This document shows positions 26,106 through 60,540 of a stretch of DNA of 64,000 nt, piece by piece. The notes beneath the pieces were generated by a model. That model searched no databases, was not told the origin of the DNA, and saw only the letters and a list, made by a program, of their open reading frames with translations. This stretch comes from Octopus vulgaris (Eukaryota). The stretch covers positions 29,388,001-29,452,000 of the forward strand of contig OX597836.1 of NCBI GenBank assembly GCA_951406725.2. Direction: 5' to 3'. Made by a program: the position numbers and the translations under genes. Numbering within the stretch: the stretch's first letter is position 1; each line of letters starts with the position of its first letter.

Positions 26106-26476
26106 CACAGCAATACCAGTTCTTCACAGTGATGGCTACACTAATACAAGTGGCAGTTGTTCTGGTTATCTTCAATGGTATTGCTTTGAAATATCATCTC
26201 TAAAAGATAGTTGTTTCAGACTCTGGTACACCTTGTTTGAAGTCTAATCTGTTTCACATTACGGGAAGAATGGTGGAGGAAAAAGCAGTATTTGTCTACA
26301 AGTTCATAGTTTATCAAATGACGATGGTTTTTGTTTTTTTTTTCATCATTGAAAGATAATATTGTTTGTTTTACTATTTCTTGATAAGTTTCCTTCAAAA
26401 TATTATTTTGTTTCATAATTATTAGAAAGCATTTCAAATGAATTTCAACCATGGCAAAAGAACCCCAAAGTCTAGG

Positions 26477-26482
26477 AATAAA
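26477..26482 (+). terminator. candidate AP3D1 polyadenylation signal AATAAA (another at 26969-26974; the UTR may be longer)
   Basis: first AATAAA noticed after the stop codon; AT-rich context makes it ambiguous. Confidence 0.3.
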
Positions 26483-29400
26483 AGTGTCATATCTCTGTTG
26501 CATACTTCTTTATATTCCTTGTTAGTTTGTTTGACTACTTTTGACTGGATTTTTATATTTTCTTTAACATTTTTTTTCTATGCAAGTTTAAATAATTTAA
26601 TTATGTAAAAATGATTTTATAATTTCTCAAAAGTTTATGTATTTTCTTTTATTTTAATAGACTAGAGTTTTTTTTTTTGTTTTGATTGCAGGAGAATTTT
26701 ATTTAATTTTTTTTGCCTAAAATGTCTAAAATTCAATTGAAAGAAATTGGTCCTCTTTGTCCTTTTGTGAAGGAGAATCTTAATGACATATCTTAAACAT
26801 CAAGTCTTTCCTGGTGTATGGCAAAAACAAGAATCATTTGTCTCTGAAGAATTGAATTGAATTAAAAAAATCGTCTTTGAAGACCTATTCAGTATTAAAC
26901 AGAGACATAGCACTGCAGCATTTGTATTTCTCACTGTAGGTTCTGATTTCAAATTCTTTTCCAATTCTAATAAAATGATGAGCCAGTAGCACACCAGGTT
27001 GACTGTTGAGGCAATTCATTCTTCTGCTATCCTAAAAAAATTGACCGACAGTCTAAGTAAGAAATCAGCCAAATAGAGCCAAAGAATTTCCTCTTCTCCA
27101 AGACTGTGATCTAAATAACAGTTTAGGCTTTATTTAGACTGGATCTAGTTTCCCTATTTATATCTCTGACTTCGTGTTATTTTCAAGAAATAGAAAACTT
27201 AAAAAAATATTGAGTTGATTTATTTGTTTTATATATTTATGTTCTTAGAAGTAAGACAGCAGTATGAATTAACAAATATATTTTCAAATAGTTAAATATA
27301 TAAAAAAAGAAAAAAAACTATAAAGCTACAAATAACAGCATGTAAATACTGGGTCGGGGAATCCTTTAGGTTGTAAAAGTCAAAGGCTGCCTGGTTTTTT
27401 AAATCCAATATTTACACACTATTATTTGTAGCTTTATGTGTTTCAAAACTCATTGTTCCCCAAAAAACTTATTTCATGTTCTCTCGAAGTTTATAAAATT
27501 CTTATGACATCAAAAAAAGCTATGACTTGACTGCCAAAATTTAGAAAATCTTAACAATAAATCAAAATTCTAAAATCTTAGCAACTAATTCCTAATTTGG
27601 TTCATAAGGTTTTTTTGGTTTTTTTTATTGCAAACAAATCACCATGGTATGGTTGATACCTATGTATTTAGATATTTCTCTACAAATATCAGTCATGAGT
27701 AGAAATATCAATCCTGCTTGCACAAAGTGACTGATGAATAATCTTAAAGAGTCTCGTTAATATAGCCAAAACAAATTAACAGACCTGATTAGTGGGACAT
27801 AGTGTCAGATAACTATGTACTGTGGTCAGAAACACAGTTTACTTGGCAAGTGATAGAAACAGGCTCCAAGACTCATCAGTGGAAAGGTTGTCTGAAGTTG
27901 ATTTGATGGTTATTATGTGTGTCATGAGATATATACAAAAATCTTTGTAATTACCATAAACCGTTAGCATTCAGATTACTGTCAAATGTAATGCTTATTT
28001 ATTCACATTGTTTGGAATTAACCATGCATTATGTCATAGCTTCGGGATTTCAATGATGTGATTATTTATTTTTACAATAACATTATAGGGTAGGTGTGAG
28101 AGGCTGGATCTGATCAGTTTGAACATAAAGCAGAATATTTGTGCTGGATATGGCTCTTTTAAATATTAAAAGGTTGACCTCATCCATAGTAAATAAAACA
28201 ATTTTTAAAAAAATTTTACCCTAAAAAAAAAAAGGTTTTTACTTGCCTTTACAATATTTGTTAAATAAATAAATATTTACACACATTGAGTATTGTGGAT
28301 AGGATCTCTAATATATTTCTCTTTGACATATTACTAGAAAAGTACCATGTGACTTCAAATATTTTTGGTAACAGATAATCTCTGTTACCAATTTAGCTCA
28401 CAAGGAAGCTCAGACCTGGTCACTCAACCTGCTAGCAATTTCAGGCAAATCTCCCTCATATCACATCCTACCATCTTAAAAGTAGAAAGGAAACATTGGG
28501 TAAAGTACTCCATGTTACATGAATCATTACATTCTGCATAGTCACATGACATGTTAGAAATGCAAACAAATGTCGCTCTTATTACACTATACTGCCTTAA
28601 AAAAGGGAAGGACACATTGAATAATGTAGCCCTAGGCTTGGGGAAAAAGATGAGATGGTCATAAATTCCTTTGATTATAGATCTGCTGGATCAGGATTGA
28701 CCTTGGGCTAAAGAGCAACAGCTAATTTGGATTTCCCAAGCCGACATATCTTTATCTCCTTTTACTTGTTTCAGGCATAATTATTTATATATTTATTACA
28801 CTCTCGGAGTGGTTGGCGTTAGGAAGGGCATCCAGCCATAGAAACCATGCCAAATCAGATTGGAGTCTGGTGCAGCCTTCCAGCGTGCCAGCCCTAGTCA
28901 AACCGTCCAACCCATGCCAGCATGGACAATGGACATGAGATGATGATGACGATGTTTCTAAATGCCATGTAGGAAACTGATTGGTAAAATCAACTGTTTT
29001 TAAAATTTATAAAGTTTATCCAATTAATCTATACTAATTGATGGTTCGTCAAAGGAAGGGGATTATGATATTGTTATGATATTTAATTAATTTCCATGTA
29101 AAACATTAGCAATTTTATTTCCTGAATAACTGATTGCGCATTTCTTTCTGATAACTTTTTTATTTCTTACAATATGTCGGTTTAAAACACATTTCAACTT
29201 ATTTAAAACAAGAATAAAAGAAACTAATTCTGCCTGAAATACCTTTGATTATAGGTCCACTTGATCAAGACTTAAGTAGGAATGCCTCTACATGTCTTAA
29301 ATGTATGAAAAATAGAAACCAAATCTCCTACATATTGTTCCCTATCGTCTTAAAAATAAAAATGGGTACTGGATGAAATAATCCTCTATATACTGTATGT

Positions 29401-30271
29401 AGAAATATGGGTTGGTCATAGTTGGCGTGGGTTTGGTAAAAGATCTGCTGCATGAAGGCTGAGGTGGGGCTAAATGACAACTTCTAAAAACTAGTTGAGC
29501 CAGCAAGAGAACCTCTATGCATTCACTTACCCTTCTAACAATAGAAGCTACATCTCCCTCGAACCACACCCACTTTGAAAACAAAGGACACTTTAGCCCT
29601 TTAGTGTTCAGATTATTCTATCAAATATAATGCCTATTGATTCCCATTGATTTGAATTAATCATGCATTATCTCATATCTTCAAGAGCTTGATGGTGTAA
29701 TTGTAGGGTAGGTGTGAGAGCCTGAATCTGGTCAGTTTGAACATAAAACAGATTAACTATTTTGGCCGGTTTAAATACTAAAGGGTTAAATAATGTAGTC
29801 CACGGACATAGGATGGTCATGGTTGGAATGCTTTTGATCATAGATCTGCTGGATGAGGGCTAACCTCAAGTTAAGCATTAAATTCCAATCTTTGTTTCAT
29901 CAGATTTAACCCTTTTGACACCAATCCACCTGAGACCACCCTCACTGATTCTATGATACAAACTTCCTGTCTTAAAGTGATCTAAATCAAAACCTTCCAT
30001 CAAAATTTCATGTTTATTTATATCCCAAACACCTGCTCTAATAATGACAGTTATTTTACCAAATTCTTCATTATTTTTAGAAGTAATCAAAGCAAAGGCA
30101 GCGTATTTCAACAAAAGAGTTAATTCTTATTCTTCATGTTGTGTCTGAGGAATTAACACTAATTGTAAATTATTTTTCTGTTAAGATTGCATTAAAAAAA
30201 AAAACTAGTGTTTGTTATAGGATTTTTTTTTAAATTTTAGAAACTTCGAGAGATAGGAAAAAATTACGTTA

Positions 30272-30455
30272 ACAGTGACACTTGAAGTAGATAAAGCTAT
30301 AAATAATAGCACGCAAATATTGGGTTAAAAATTTGCTTGAATAGAAAATAAAACATTGGTGGCTGCCCATGTGTTCATATCTTGTCCAAGGGATTATTTA
30401 ACTCAATATTCTACATGCTATTATTTATAGCTCTATCTGCTTCAAGCTCCACTGT
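30272..30455. mobile_element. palindromic MITE-like repeat with about 55-bp imperfect inverted arms
   Basis: acagtg...gctataaataatagca / tgctattatttatagc...cactgt; relatives at about 27320-27500 and 36760-37080. Confidence 0.6.
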
Positions 30456-31570
30456 GACCATGATTTATTTCTTATTCATTTCTATTGATAGTGTTTTTAT
30501 CAGTTTCCTCCCCACCCCTCCAACATTTCTTTTTAGTTTTTGCTTCATAAATTTCCAGTGAAAAAAGACACTTTGACACTTTTGTAAGATTTGTATATTA
30601 AAATAAAAAGAAAAATTCAAATTGAAACTTAGTTCCTATTTTTTGTTATTAATCTTTTTTTTTAATGAATCTTACATGTTTGGAAATTTTTTTTTTTTTA
30701 GGAATTTTAATAATATTGATTTATAGTTAAACCTGTTCTTTTTGTTAAACAAAACTAGTTAATGAGAAACAACACTTTCACAAACATTAAAATTGTAGAC
30801 CAAAGACCAAAAAAAAAACTTACTGCTTTTATCTTCCCAGTTCCAAGGTTAACCTTTTGTATGTAATTGTCAATCATGACTCTTTACTTACTATATATAC
30901 TTTCTCCTATTCGAGAAGGATATTAATAAGAATAAAAAAAAAAAAAGAAAGAAAAATTTAATAATGATAATAAATGAATAAATTGTAAAATAAGGTTGTA
31001 AATTTATCAGAATCATTGTACAGAGTAATTGGTATGATAACTGAGAAGTATTCCATCTTGAAATGTATTTTATGACAATAAAATTTATAGAAAGGAGTTT
31101 CTTTTTTTTTTTTTTTTTTTTGCTTCTGTATTTCATTTTTCTCACTGCCATTACATACATTAAAGGTCGTTGTTCTGCCAAATTGTAGAAGGCAAATAAT
31201 ATGGCTTTATGGGCTTGTGTGGCATGAAAAAAATCCAAGGAAATAATTTTTTGTTTTAACCCTTTAGCATTTCAGATTGCTTTGTCAAATGCGGTGCTGG
31301 CTCATGTGGAATTTCAACCATGTTTCGTGGTCTATTTGTATTCTAGAATGTGATAAAGTGTAGAATTAGATTATTATCCTGCTTCCAGCTACAGTGTTGC
31401 TGCCAGGATTTGAAAAATAGGGCAGATTTCCCTCCTTTATTTTGCGATTTAGAGGGGATTTTTGAAAAACAAGGGGGAATTCGCAGTGGTGTTCAGTAAA
31501 CAAATTAAACACACTACCCAGCAGTGGCTAAAACGTGAACCAATCAAGTTTATTTATATTCTTTTTATAT

Positions 31571-31961
31571 ACTCTTTCACTTGTTTCAGTCATTTGACTG
31601 CGGCCATGCTGGAGCACCGCCTTTAATCGAGCAACTCGACCCCGGGACTTATTCTTTTGTAAGCCCAGTACTTATTCTATCGATCTCTTTTGCCGAACCG
31701 CTAAGTAACGGGGACATAAACACACCAGCATCAGTTGTCAAGCAATGCTAGGGGGACAAACACAAACACACACACGCATATATATATATACATATATACG
31801 ACGAGCTTCTATCAGTTTCCGTCTACCAAATCCACTCACAAGGCTTTGGTCGGCCTGAGGCTATAGTAGAAGATACTTGCCCAAGGTGCCACGCAGTGGG
31901 ACTGAACCCGGAACCATGTGGTTGGTAAACAAGCTACTTACCACACAGCCACTCCTGCGCC
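31571..31961 (-). mobile_element. SINE family A, full length
   Basis: reverse complement of the 5288-5668 family. Confidence 0.85.
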
Positions 31962-32565
31962 TATGTTTGTTTCCTTTTACACAATATTAAAACAACAGCT
32001 AAAAATTTTCTGAAGCAGCACCCCCAACTAATTTTATCTACGAGCTACCTCTGGTCAAATGTAATGGTCATTTATGTCAAGGAGAGTCCCCATTCCATGT
32101 GATACCCCTCATCTGCTGTGACTATGCAACAAATGGTTGGCCAATACAAGCTATCGACCCAGCCACATCCTCAATGAAGGGAACATAGTAAGCAGGGTCT
32201 AATTCAGAAAATCCAGCAACATGGTCAAACAGTCATACTAGTAACAGGACATATCCCGGTTTCTGAGGAGTTATTGTTTTGGATACAAAATCCAGCCAAT
32301 GGTAGTCCATAATCACTCAAAGTATTCTGGTACCAAAGGAGTGATATAAGAGAATTGGTCTTAAGTGGCTCTAGCTCTATGGAAACTATACTGGTGGGCC
32401 CTGAGGAGAGAAAGATTCAAAGTACTGAAGAATGTATCTGTTAGCAGCTCTATTGATATAGAAACATTGGAAGTGAGTTGAATAGGGTGTTACATGACTA
32501 GGTCAGAGGGATTGCCTTTCTTTGGGAGACATTAAAATGTCCTTCCAAATGTCAGTATATCTTTT

Positions 32566-32826
32566 AGAGCCGAGTCCTCAATCACTGAACCACAGACCAG
32601 TAGGGGGCTGTGGATCATTTGGTACTGGGCCACACAGAAAGAATAAATTTTAAAATTCTATTGCTATTTTATCGACCACCAGAGTCTGCAGTGTGTTTTT
32701 GTATTAAATATATATGTAGTAATTAAGATTATATCTAATGAAGTTTATTGTGGGGTTTTTTTGTGCACATGATCTCACAGTCTGTGGAAAAATTGTCTTG
32801 GATGAAACCAGTTCCTTATGCTAAAA
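32566..32826 (+). mobile_element. decayed hAT-Charlie (MER1-like) element
   Basis: gggccacacag...gtggaaaaattgtctt...gaaaccagttcc resembles the MER1-type consensus as recalled; not searched. Confidence 0.4.
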
Positions 32827-33490
32827 TATATGTGTGTATAAATATAAATGTAAGATCCAAGGGTTGAGGTGTAGGAAGAAGGTGAGCTTCAAGTAAACTA
32901 GAAAATGTAAAAAAACAACTTTGAGGAACAAGAGTGGTTTATTGAGGTGGAAGGTTGTAGATTTTTTTCTGTAATGACGTATGGTAAGCTGAAAAAATAT
33001 ATTTTATATTTCACGGTAGGCAGCCAGGTATGCGAATAAAATATAAGAGTTAAGGAAAGGGGTTGATAAGATCCAGGCTACATATGATTCATAGCGAGCG
33101 GAACCTTGGAAGTAGTAAATATCCAAGCAAGGTGTATACTGCAGGCTATTCTTCAGGCCAAGGATATCTTGATTAAATGAAAATTTACATTGTCACAAGG
33201 AGGTACATGTTGACAGAAGATTTGATCAGAATATGCATATGATCTCACTTCTGCTCTCATCTAGCCTGGACTATATTTCACATCTTGCTTGGCTACATTT
33301 CACATGTAGCATAGCCCTATTATTAGTTGAAATGTGGCCTACATTTTACATATACACATGCCTGCCTACCATATTTTCTGACATACAAGTCAAAACAGTA
33401 TACAGTGGAAACATATGTCAACATTATCACTGTCTTTCTAAATCCTGCTGCATTTTACATGGAATTTTTAGTCAGCAAGGTCATTTAACT

Positions 33491-34090
33491 GTGGAGGCCC
33501 AGTGGTTAGGGCAGCGGACTCACAGTCGGAGAATCGCAGTTTCAATTCCCAGACCGGGCGTTGTGTGTGTTTATTGAGTGAAAACACCTAAAGCTCCATG
33601 AGCTTCCGGCAGGGGATGGTGGCGACCGCTGTCGTACTCTTTCGCCCCAACTTTCTCTTACTCTTTCTTCCTGTTTCTTGAGTAATGCTGCGATGAACTG
33701 GCGTCACATCCAGCTGGGGGGAACATATACGCCACAAAAACTGGGAAACCGGGCCCATGAGCCTGGCTAGGCTTGGAAAGGGCACATAAAAAAAGAAGTC
33801 ATTTAACTGTTTAAGACAACTTAATGAGGCTCTGGCAGGGGGTGGTGGCGAACCCTGCTGTGCTCTTTCACCACAACTTTCTCTCACACTTTCTTCCTGT
33901 TTCTGTTGTACCTGTATTTCAAAGGGCCAGCCTTGTCACACTCTGTGTCACACTGAATCTCCTCGAGAACTACATTAAGGGTACACATGTCTGTGGAGTG
34001 CTCAGCCACTTGCACATTAATTTCACGAGCAGGCTGTTCCGTTGATCAGATCAACTAGAACCCTCATCGTCGTAACTGACAGACTGCCAT
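33491..34090 (+). mobile_element. two adjacent SINE family D-type copies
   Basis: tggaggcccagtggttagggcag head; shared tail blocks with other copies. Confidence 0.7.
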
Positions 34091-34503
34091 AGTATTTCCT
34101 GACATACAAGTTGACATAGAATATTGTGTAAACGTGTAATGTAAGCATTCAAACATTGTCATTATCTTTCCAAATCCTGCTGCATTTCAAATGGAATTTT
34201 TGGTCCTCCAAAGTCAAATTGGTGTCTAAGTCAATCTACCTTTTTTGGCTGTAAATTTTGATATGAAAAATTTGACTTGTATGCCAGAAAATACTGTATA
34301 TCTATTGTGTAATTTTTAACTATTTCTTCCTTCAGTGTGAGTGCTCTTTTAGTTTTGCAGACAAAGTCATAAATAACAATAATCTGATGCATATTATCAC
34401 TATATATTTTATTGATTGTTTGGGGGTGAAAAACGGGGCCTCCAATCACTTTTTTAAATTCAGAATAGAAAGGAGAAAAGTAAAAGTATGTTAGGTTGAA
34501 TAT

Positions 34504-34509
34504 TTTATT
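34504..34509 (-). terminator. candidate AADAT polyadenylation signal AATAAA (second at 34408-34413)
   Basis: tttatt on the + strand, 77 nt past the stop. Confidence 0.4.
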
Positions 34510-34585
34510 GTTTCCATCCAGCCAACGACCTGTAATTAGTTACCAAAAACCTGTTATAACAATGAACCACAAATAGAATTGTCAT

Positions 34586-56064
<21,479 letters not shown>

Positions 56065-56186
56065 AATTGAAGTTGGATTTATCTGAAAAAAAAAGAAGAG
56101 AAGAAAAAGAAAAGAAACAAAGAAAATAAAAGCAAAATAGCAAACTTTTTTAAAATGTAGTTCAGTTCATGCATACATTTTGTATG

Positions 56187-56890
56187 AGCTGGCAGAAACA
56201 TTAGCACGCTAGGCGAAATGCGTAGCCGTATTTCGTCTGCTGTTACGTTGTGAGTTCAAATTCCGCCAAGGTCGACTTTGCCTTTCATCCTTTTGGGGTT
56301 GATAAATTAAGTACCAGTTACGCACTGGGGTCGATGTAATCGACTTAATCCCTTTGTCTGTCCTTGTTTGTCCCCTCTATGTTTAGCCCTTTGGGGGTAA
56401 TAAAGAAATAAGAATCATTAGCTTAGCGGCATTTCGTCCATCTTTACGTTCTGAGTTCAGATTCCACCGAGGTCAACTTTGCCTTTCATCCTTTTGGGGG
56501 TCGATAAATTAAGTACCAGTTACACACTGGGGTCGATGTAATCGACGTAATCCCTTTGTCTGTTCTTGTTTGTCCCCTTTATGTTTAACCCCTTGTGGGC
56601 AATAAAGAAATATATTATAATTCTACTTGTCACTCTGTTAGTGTGTTGCTACATGTATTATGCACTGTTGGGCAGTCATCACTAAAAATTGGTATTGTTA
56701 TTAAGGTGGCAAGCCAGTAGGGTTGTTAGGACACCAGACATAATGTTTCATGACATTTTTTCCAGCTTGTACCTTCTGAGTTCAAATTACATTGAGGTCA
56801 ACTTTGCCTTTCATTTTTTGGGGGATTGAAAAAAGAAGTACCAGTTGATCACTGGGGTTGATGTAATCGACTTATCTCCTCCCCAGGAAT
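56187..56890 (+). mobile_element. tandem/nested SINE family B cluster (three units)
   Basis: repeated gagttcaaattcc...gtaccagtt...gatgtaatcgactta units. Confidence 0.8.
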
Positions 56891-56965
56891 TGCTGATTGA
56901 AGGGGTGGTAAAGTGAGTGGGGTATCATACTTGAACTTTTAAAGTATGAATTGTGCTTATACATA

Positions 56966-57512
56966 CATCACATGTCCTTCATTGCTGACAACTCCTAAAA
57001 CCATGACAGTTGGAGGAAATTTTGTATGCATAACACTTGGAACTTCAGAAGGGTCTGCACATAACCATCTGTCATTTCTTCTGTTAACTTTTGATCTTGG
57101 TCGAAGTTTTTCTCGTTTGAGGAAAACCAAATCAAATCATTTTCTACTGGATTTTTCAGTTTGTTTAAGAGCCTTTTAGATCTGATATGGTGATTTTCTC
57201 TTGCTTTTTCAGACAAATTGACCTTTCCTCCTTATATAAGACTTATAACTGATGTCTTCATGAACAACATTTCTGACTGTTCCTTCTGACACATGGAGAT
57301 CTTTTGCAATTGACCTCATGGACTTTCTAGGATAGTAATCAATGGTCTGTTGAACTTGCTGGATAAATTCAGGTGTTCTGATGATTTCAGAGTGTTTAGA
57401 TATCTTTTTATGCTTTGATACTGGTGAGACATTTCCATCTTCAGTCTCTAACTCCTTACGAATTTTGTAGACGAAAGCTCTGACAACTTTTAAAAATCAA
57501 AATATTTCTAAA
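56966..57512 (-). pseudogene. Tc1/mariner (maT/DD37D-like) transposase fragment with two frameshifts
   Basis: PRKSMRSIAKDLHVSEGTVR (HTH)...WFSSNEKNFDQDQK/NRRNDRWLC...HTKFPPTVMVLGVVSNEGHVM. Confidence 0.8.
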
Positions 57513-58063
57513 TCCCTATGTTCAGCCTTTATAACCACAGTAACAGCATGCCTCTCCATTTCTTGAGTAAGTTATGGCTTCTCAACCACGTGGTTTTGTG
57601 GTCAGTACTACCATATAGCACCTTGAGCAAAGGTATTCCATTATTACTTCAGACTGACCAAAGCCTTGTGAGTGAATTTGAATGCCAGAAACTGAAAGAA
57701 GTCCACCATGTGTGTAGCTTTGGACATCCACATACAGGACTTCAAGTTTCTGTGTCAACAATACAATGATTGACACACCTTTATTGTGTGTTTGTCACTG
57801 GACATATGAGAACTGGAGAAGTGCAGTGATCATTGTATCATTGATCCAGAAACTTGAAGTCCTGTACGTGAGTCTTCATAACTGTATTATTCAATGAATA
57901 TATCCCTCTATTAACAACAATATTGAGGTCTACAATTTTTGTTCTCATGCATAGTTTGTCAATATATATATATATGTCTGTATGTCATTATTTGGTTTTA
58001 TTTTAAGATTTCTTGCTAAAAGAGGAAGAGCTGGTTTCTAACCTCAATCCAGGGCTCCTCCAT

Positions 58064-58523
58064 TGCAGCAAAAGTAGTACCTTCTTCTTGGTTATGAATA
58101 AATTCTCCAATTGAATTTGCTATGCTGTCTGACAAGAACGAACCTGAAGTATTTTCAAACTTCTTCAACATTATTTCCAGTAACTGTTGGTATTGTTGTT
58201 GTTGCTGTTGTAGCTGTAACAACTGTTGTTGCTGATGTTGTTACTGTTGCAACTGTACCATGTGAGCCAACAAGTCTTCCATATTAATGATTTTTTTCTT
58301 TGGTTTCATATATCTCATCGCCACTTTTATTATCCTTGACACATGCTGGATATATAATTTACACAGCGGGGGTTTAATCAGTGTGTTCACACAAAGTACA
58401 TCGTAAAACTACCAAACGCTCACCCTCGACTACTACTGACCTCTACTCTTTATAAGAATTCAGCTAGTCCATTCTTCCAATTCCTCAGGGGTGTCAATGA
58501 CTCTCACCACCACATATTTAACA
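58064..58523 (-). mobile_element. Gypsy (Mag-like) LTR retrotransposon stub: 5' LTR 58523-58325, PBS, gag start
   Basis: TGT-start LTR containing TATAAA; PBS-like TGGCGATGAG at 58323-58314; ATG at 58282 then MEDLL...polyQ...IGEFIHNQEEGTTF. Confidence 0.62.
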
Positions 58524-60343
58524 ATGAAATCAATTGATGTTTTATATTTGCATATATTTCCATTGAATGTAATTTTGCAATCTCAAGTAGTGTTACCATA
58601 ATTTCTTTATTAATCGGTAACTGTAAAATTAAGCAAATAAAATGTCTATACATTTACAGAGTTATAGAGAAAAACAGCTGTGTATTGCAGTGGTTATATT
58701 CTATAAAAGGAGTAAAGGAGTAAAGATCCCCTTCAGTCACAAATGACCATAGAATTGCACTTAGAAAGTTCCCCTTTGAGGCACAAGTCTGGGCAAGGTT
58801 GTTTATGGAAGACCAGCAGTTGCCCCATGTATACCAGCCTTCTCTCTCCCCATTATCGATGTTATCCAAGGGAAAGGCAAAGGCCGATACAGCTTGGTGC
58901 CAGTGACGTCGCAACTCATTTCTACAGTTGAGTGAACTGGAGCAATATGAAATAAAGTGTCTTGCCCAAGAACACAACGCACAGCCAAGTCCAGGATTTG
59001 AATTCACTACCGCATGATTGCAAGCCTGATATAACTGTCCACCGTGATAACTTATACAGTGAAATAGCTATATATATAGATATTTATATTTTGAAAAAAC
59101 TGAGTGTTGATATAACTTTGCAGTAAAATACCTCATATTGAACGAACTATACATTAAAATACTTACACATTAAGATATACTGTTAATATTATGACTTAAG
59201 AAGAAAGCAAGTTGGCAGAATTGTTAGCATGCTGAGAAAAAAGTTTAATGTTATTTTGCCCGTCTTAATAGTCTGAGTTTAAATTCCACCAAGATCAGCT
59301 TTGCCTTTCATCATCAAAAAAGTACCAGATAGAATAAGTACTGGGATCAATGTAAATTGATTTGCCCCTTCCAAGAAATTGCCAGCCATCTTTCAAAATG
59401 TGGCAGCGAGCTGGCAGAACCATTACCACACTGGGCAAAATATGCTTCGCAGCATTTTGTCCACCTTTACGTTCTGAGTTCAAATTCTGCCAAGGTCAAC
59501 TTTAATTTTCGTCTTTTCAAGATCAAGAAGACAATGCTCTACCTCTCTGGGAATCAAAACCCTGATATTGCAATCGTGAATTCAATACTCTAAGGTGAAC
59601 CTTCATGAAATTATTATACAGGGATTATATACTGGAATTGTTTTTTAGTAATGTAGTTAGATATTGAAGTAGTTATGCAGCAAATGCTGAAGTAGCTATA
59701 CAAGGATGTAATTATAGAGATGTAGTTATATACTAAAATGGTTATACAGAGAAGTAGTTATATAATTATTCTGGGCCAGATTTAAACCCTGTGGGGTCCC
59801 TTGGCTAATATGTTTTGGGGCCCCTATTATTTTGTTAATTCAAAACATAGTAAGATATTAAAGAGGACCCCGTTAAATCTAGGGATCTCAAGCACCTTGA
59901 ATAAGCCCCAAAACTTAAAGAGCTTTAGTAGATTCAGAGGTATTTAATTAAATTTAATGACTTTTTGAATCTAAAAAGGCCCAATGAATCAAAAGAGGAT
60001 TCAATAATTGGGCTAAAAATTTAGTAGTTATACCATTTTGCTGGGCCATATTTAGACCTTGTAGGGCCCCTGGGTTTACAGATTTTGCAGGGCTCCTACA
60101 ATTTTGCTAATTCAAAATATAAGATAATAAAGAAAGCCTCTTTAAATCTGGGGACCTCATACAGTTTGAAAAGTATTTTAGTTATACTAAAATCTAGTTA
60201 CAACCTGAAATATTAATACAGTAAAAATTCTAAAGTAAGTATTTAGTAGCCTTCATGGTTTTAAGTCAGAAATACATTGCATTAATGATTTTCAAAATAC
60301 ATTTCCAAAAAGGAACACATAAATATAATACAGTTCAACTTAC

Positions 60344-60483
60344 TGTATAGGAAGGAATAATTCAGTTCTGACAATGTGCTGTAAATGTTGACTGCCTTTT
60401 CAGAAATGGTTTTATCTGTGTGCTTTAATTATTGTTATCATGTCTTATTAACTAGGCTGTTCTTTATATTTGTAATACACCCT
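60344..60483 (-). other. possible AADAT 5' UTR exon
   Basis: ttatttcacatgtgcag acceptor and gtaagt donor on the - strand; the ATG exon itself begins with a splice acceptor, so an upstream exon is required. Confidence 0.3.
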
Positions 60484-60540
60484 CTGCACATGTGAAATAA
60501 GTAAATATATAAATAACATCAACGATAATAATTGTAATGA

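Noticed and set aside
58016-58222. polyQ ORF as a host gene exon
   Set aside because: Lies downstream of an LTR and PBS-like motif and has an upstream in-frame stop; better explained as a gag relic
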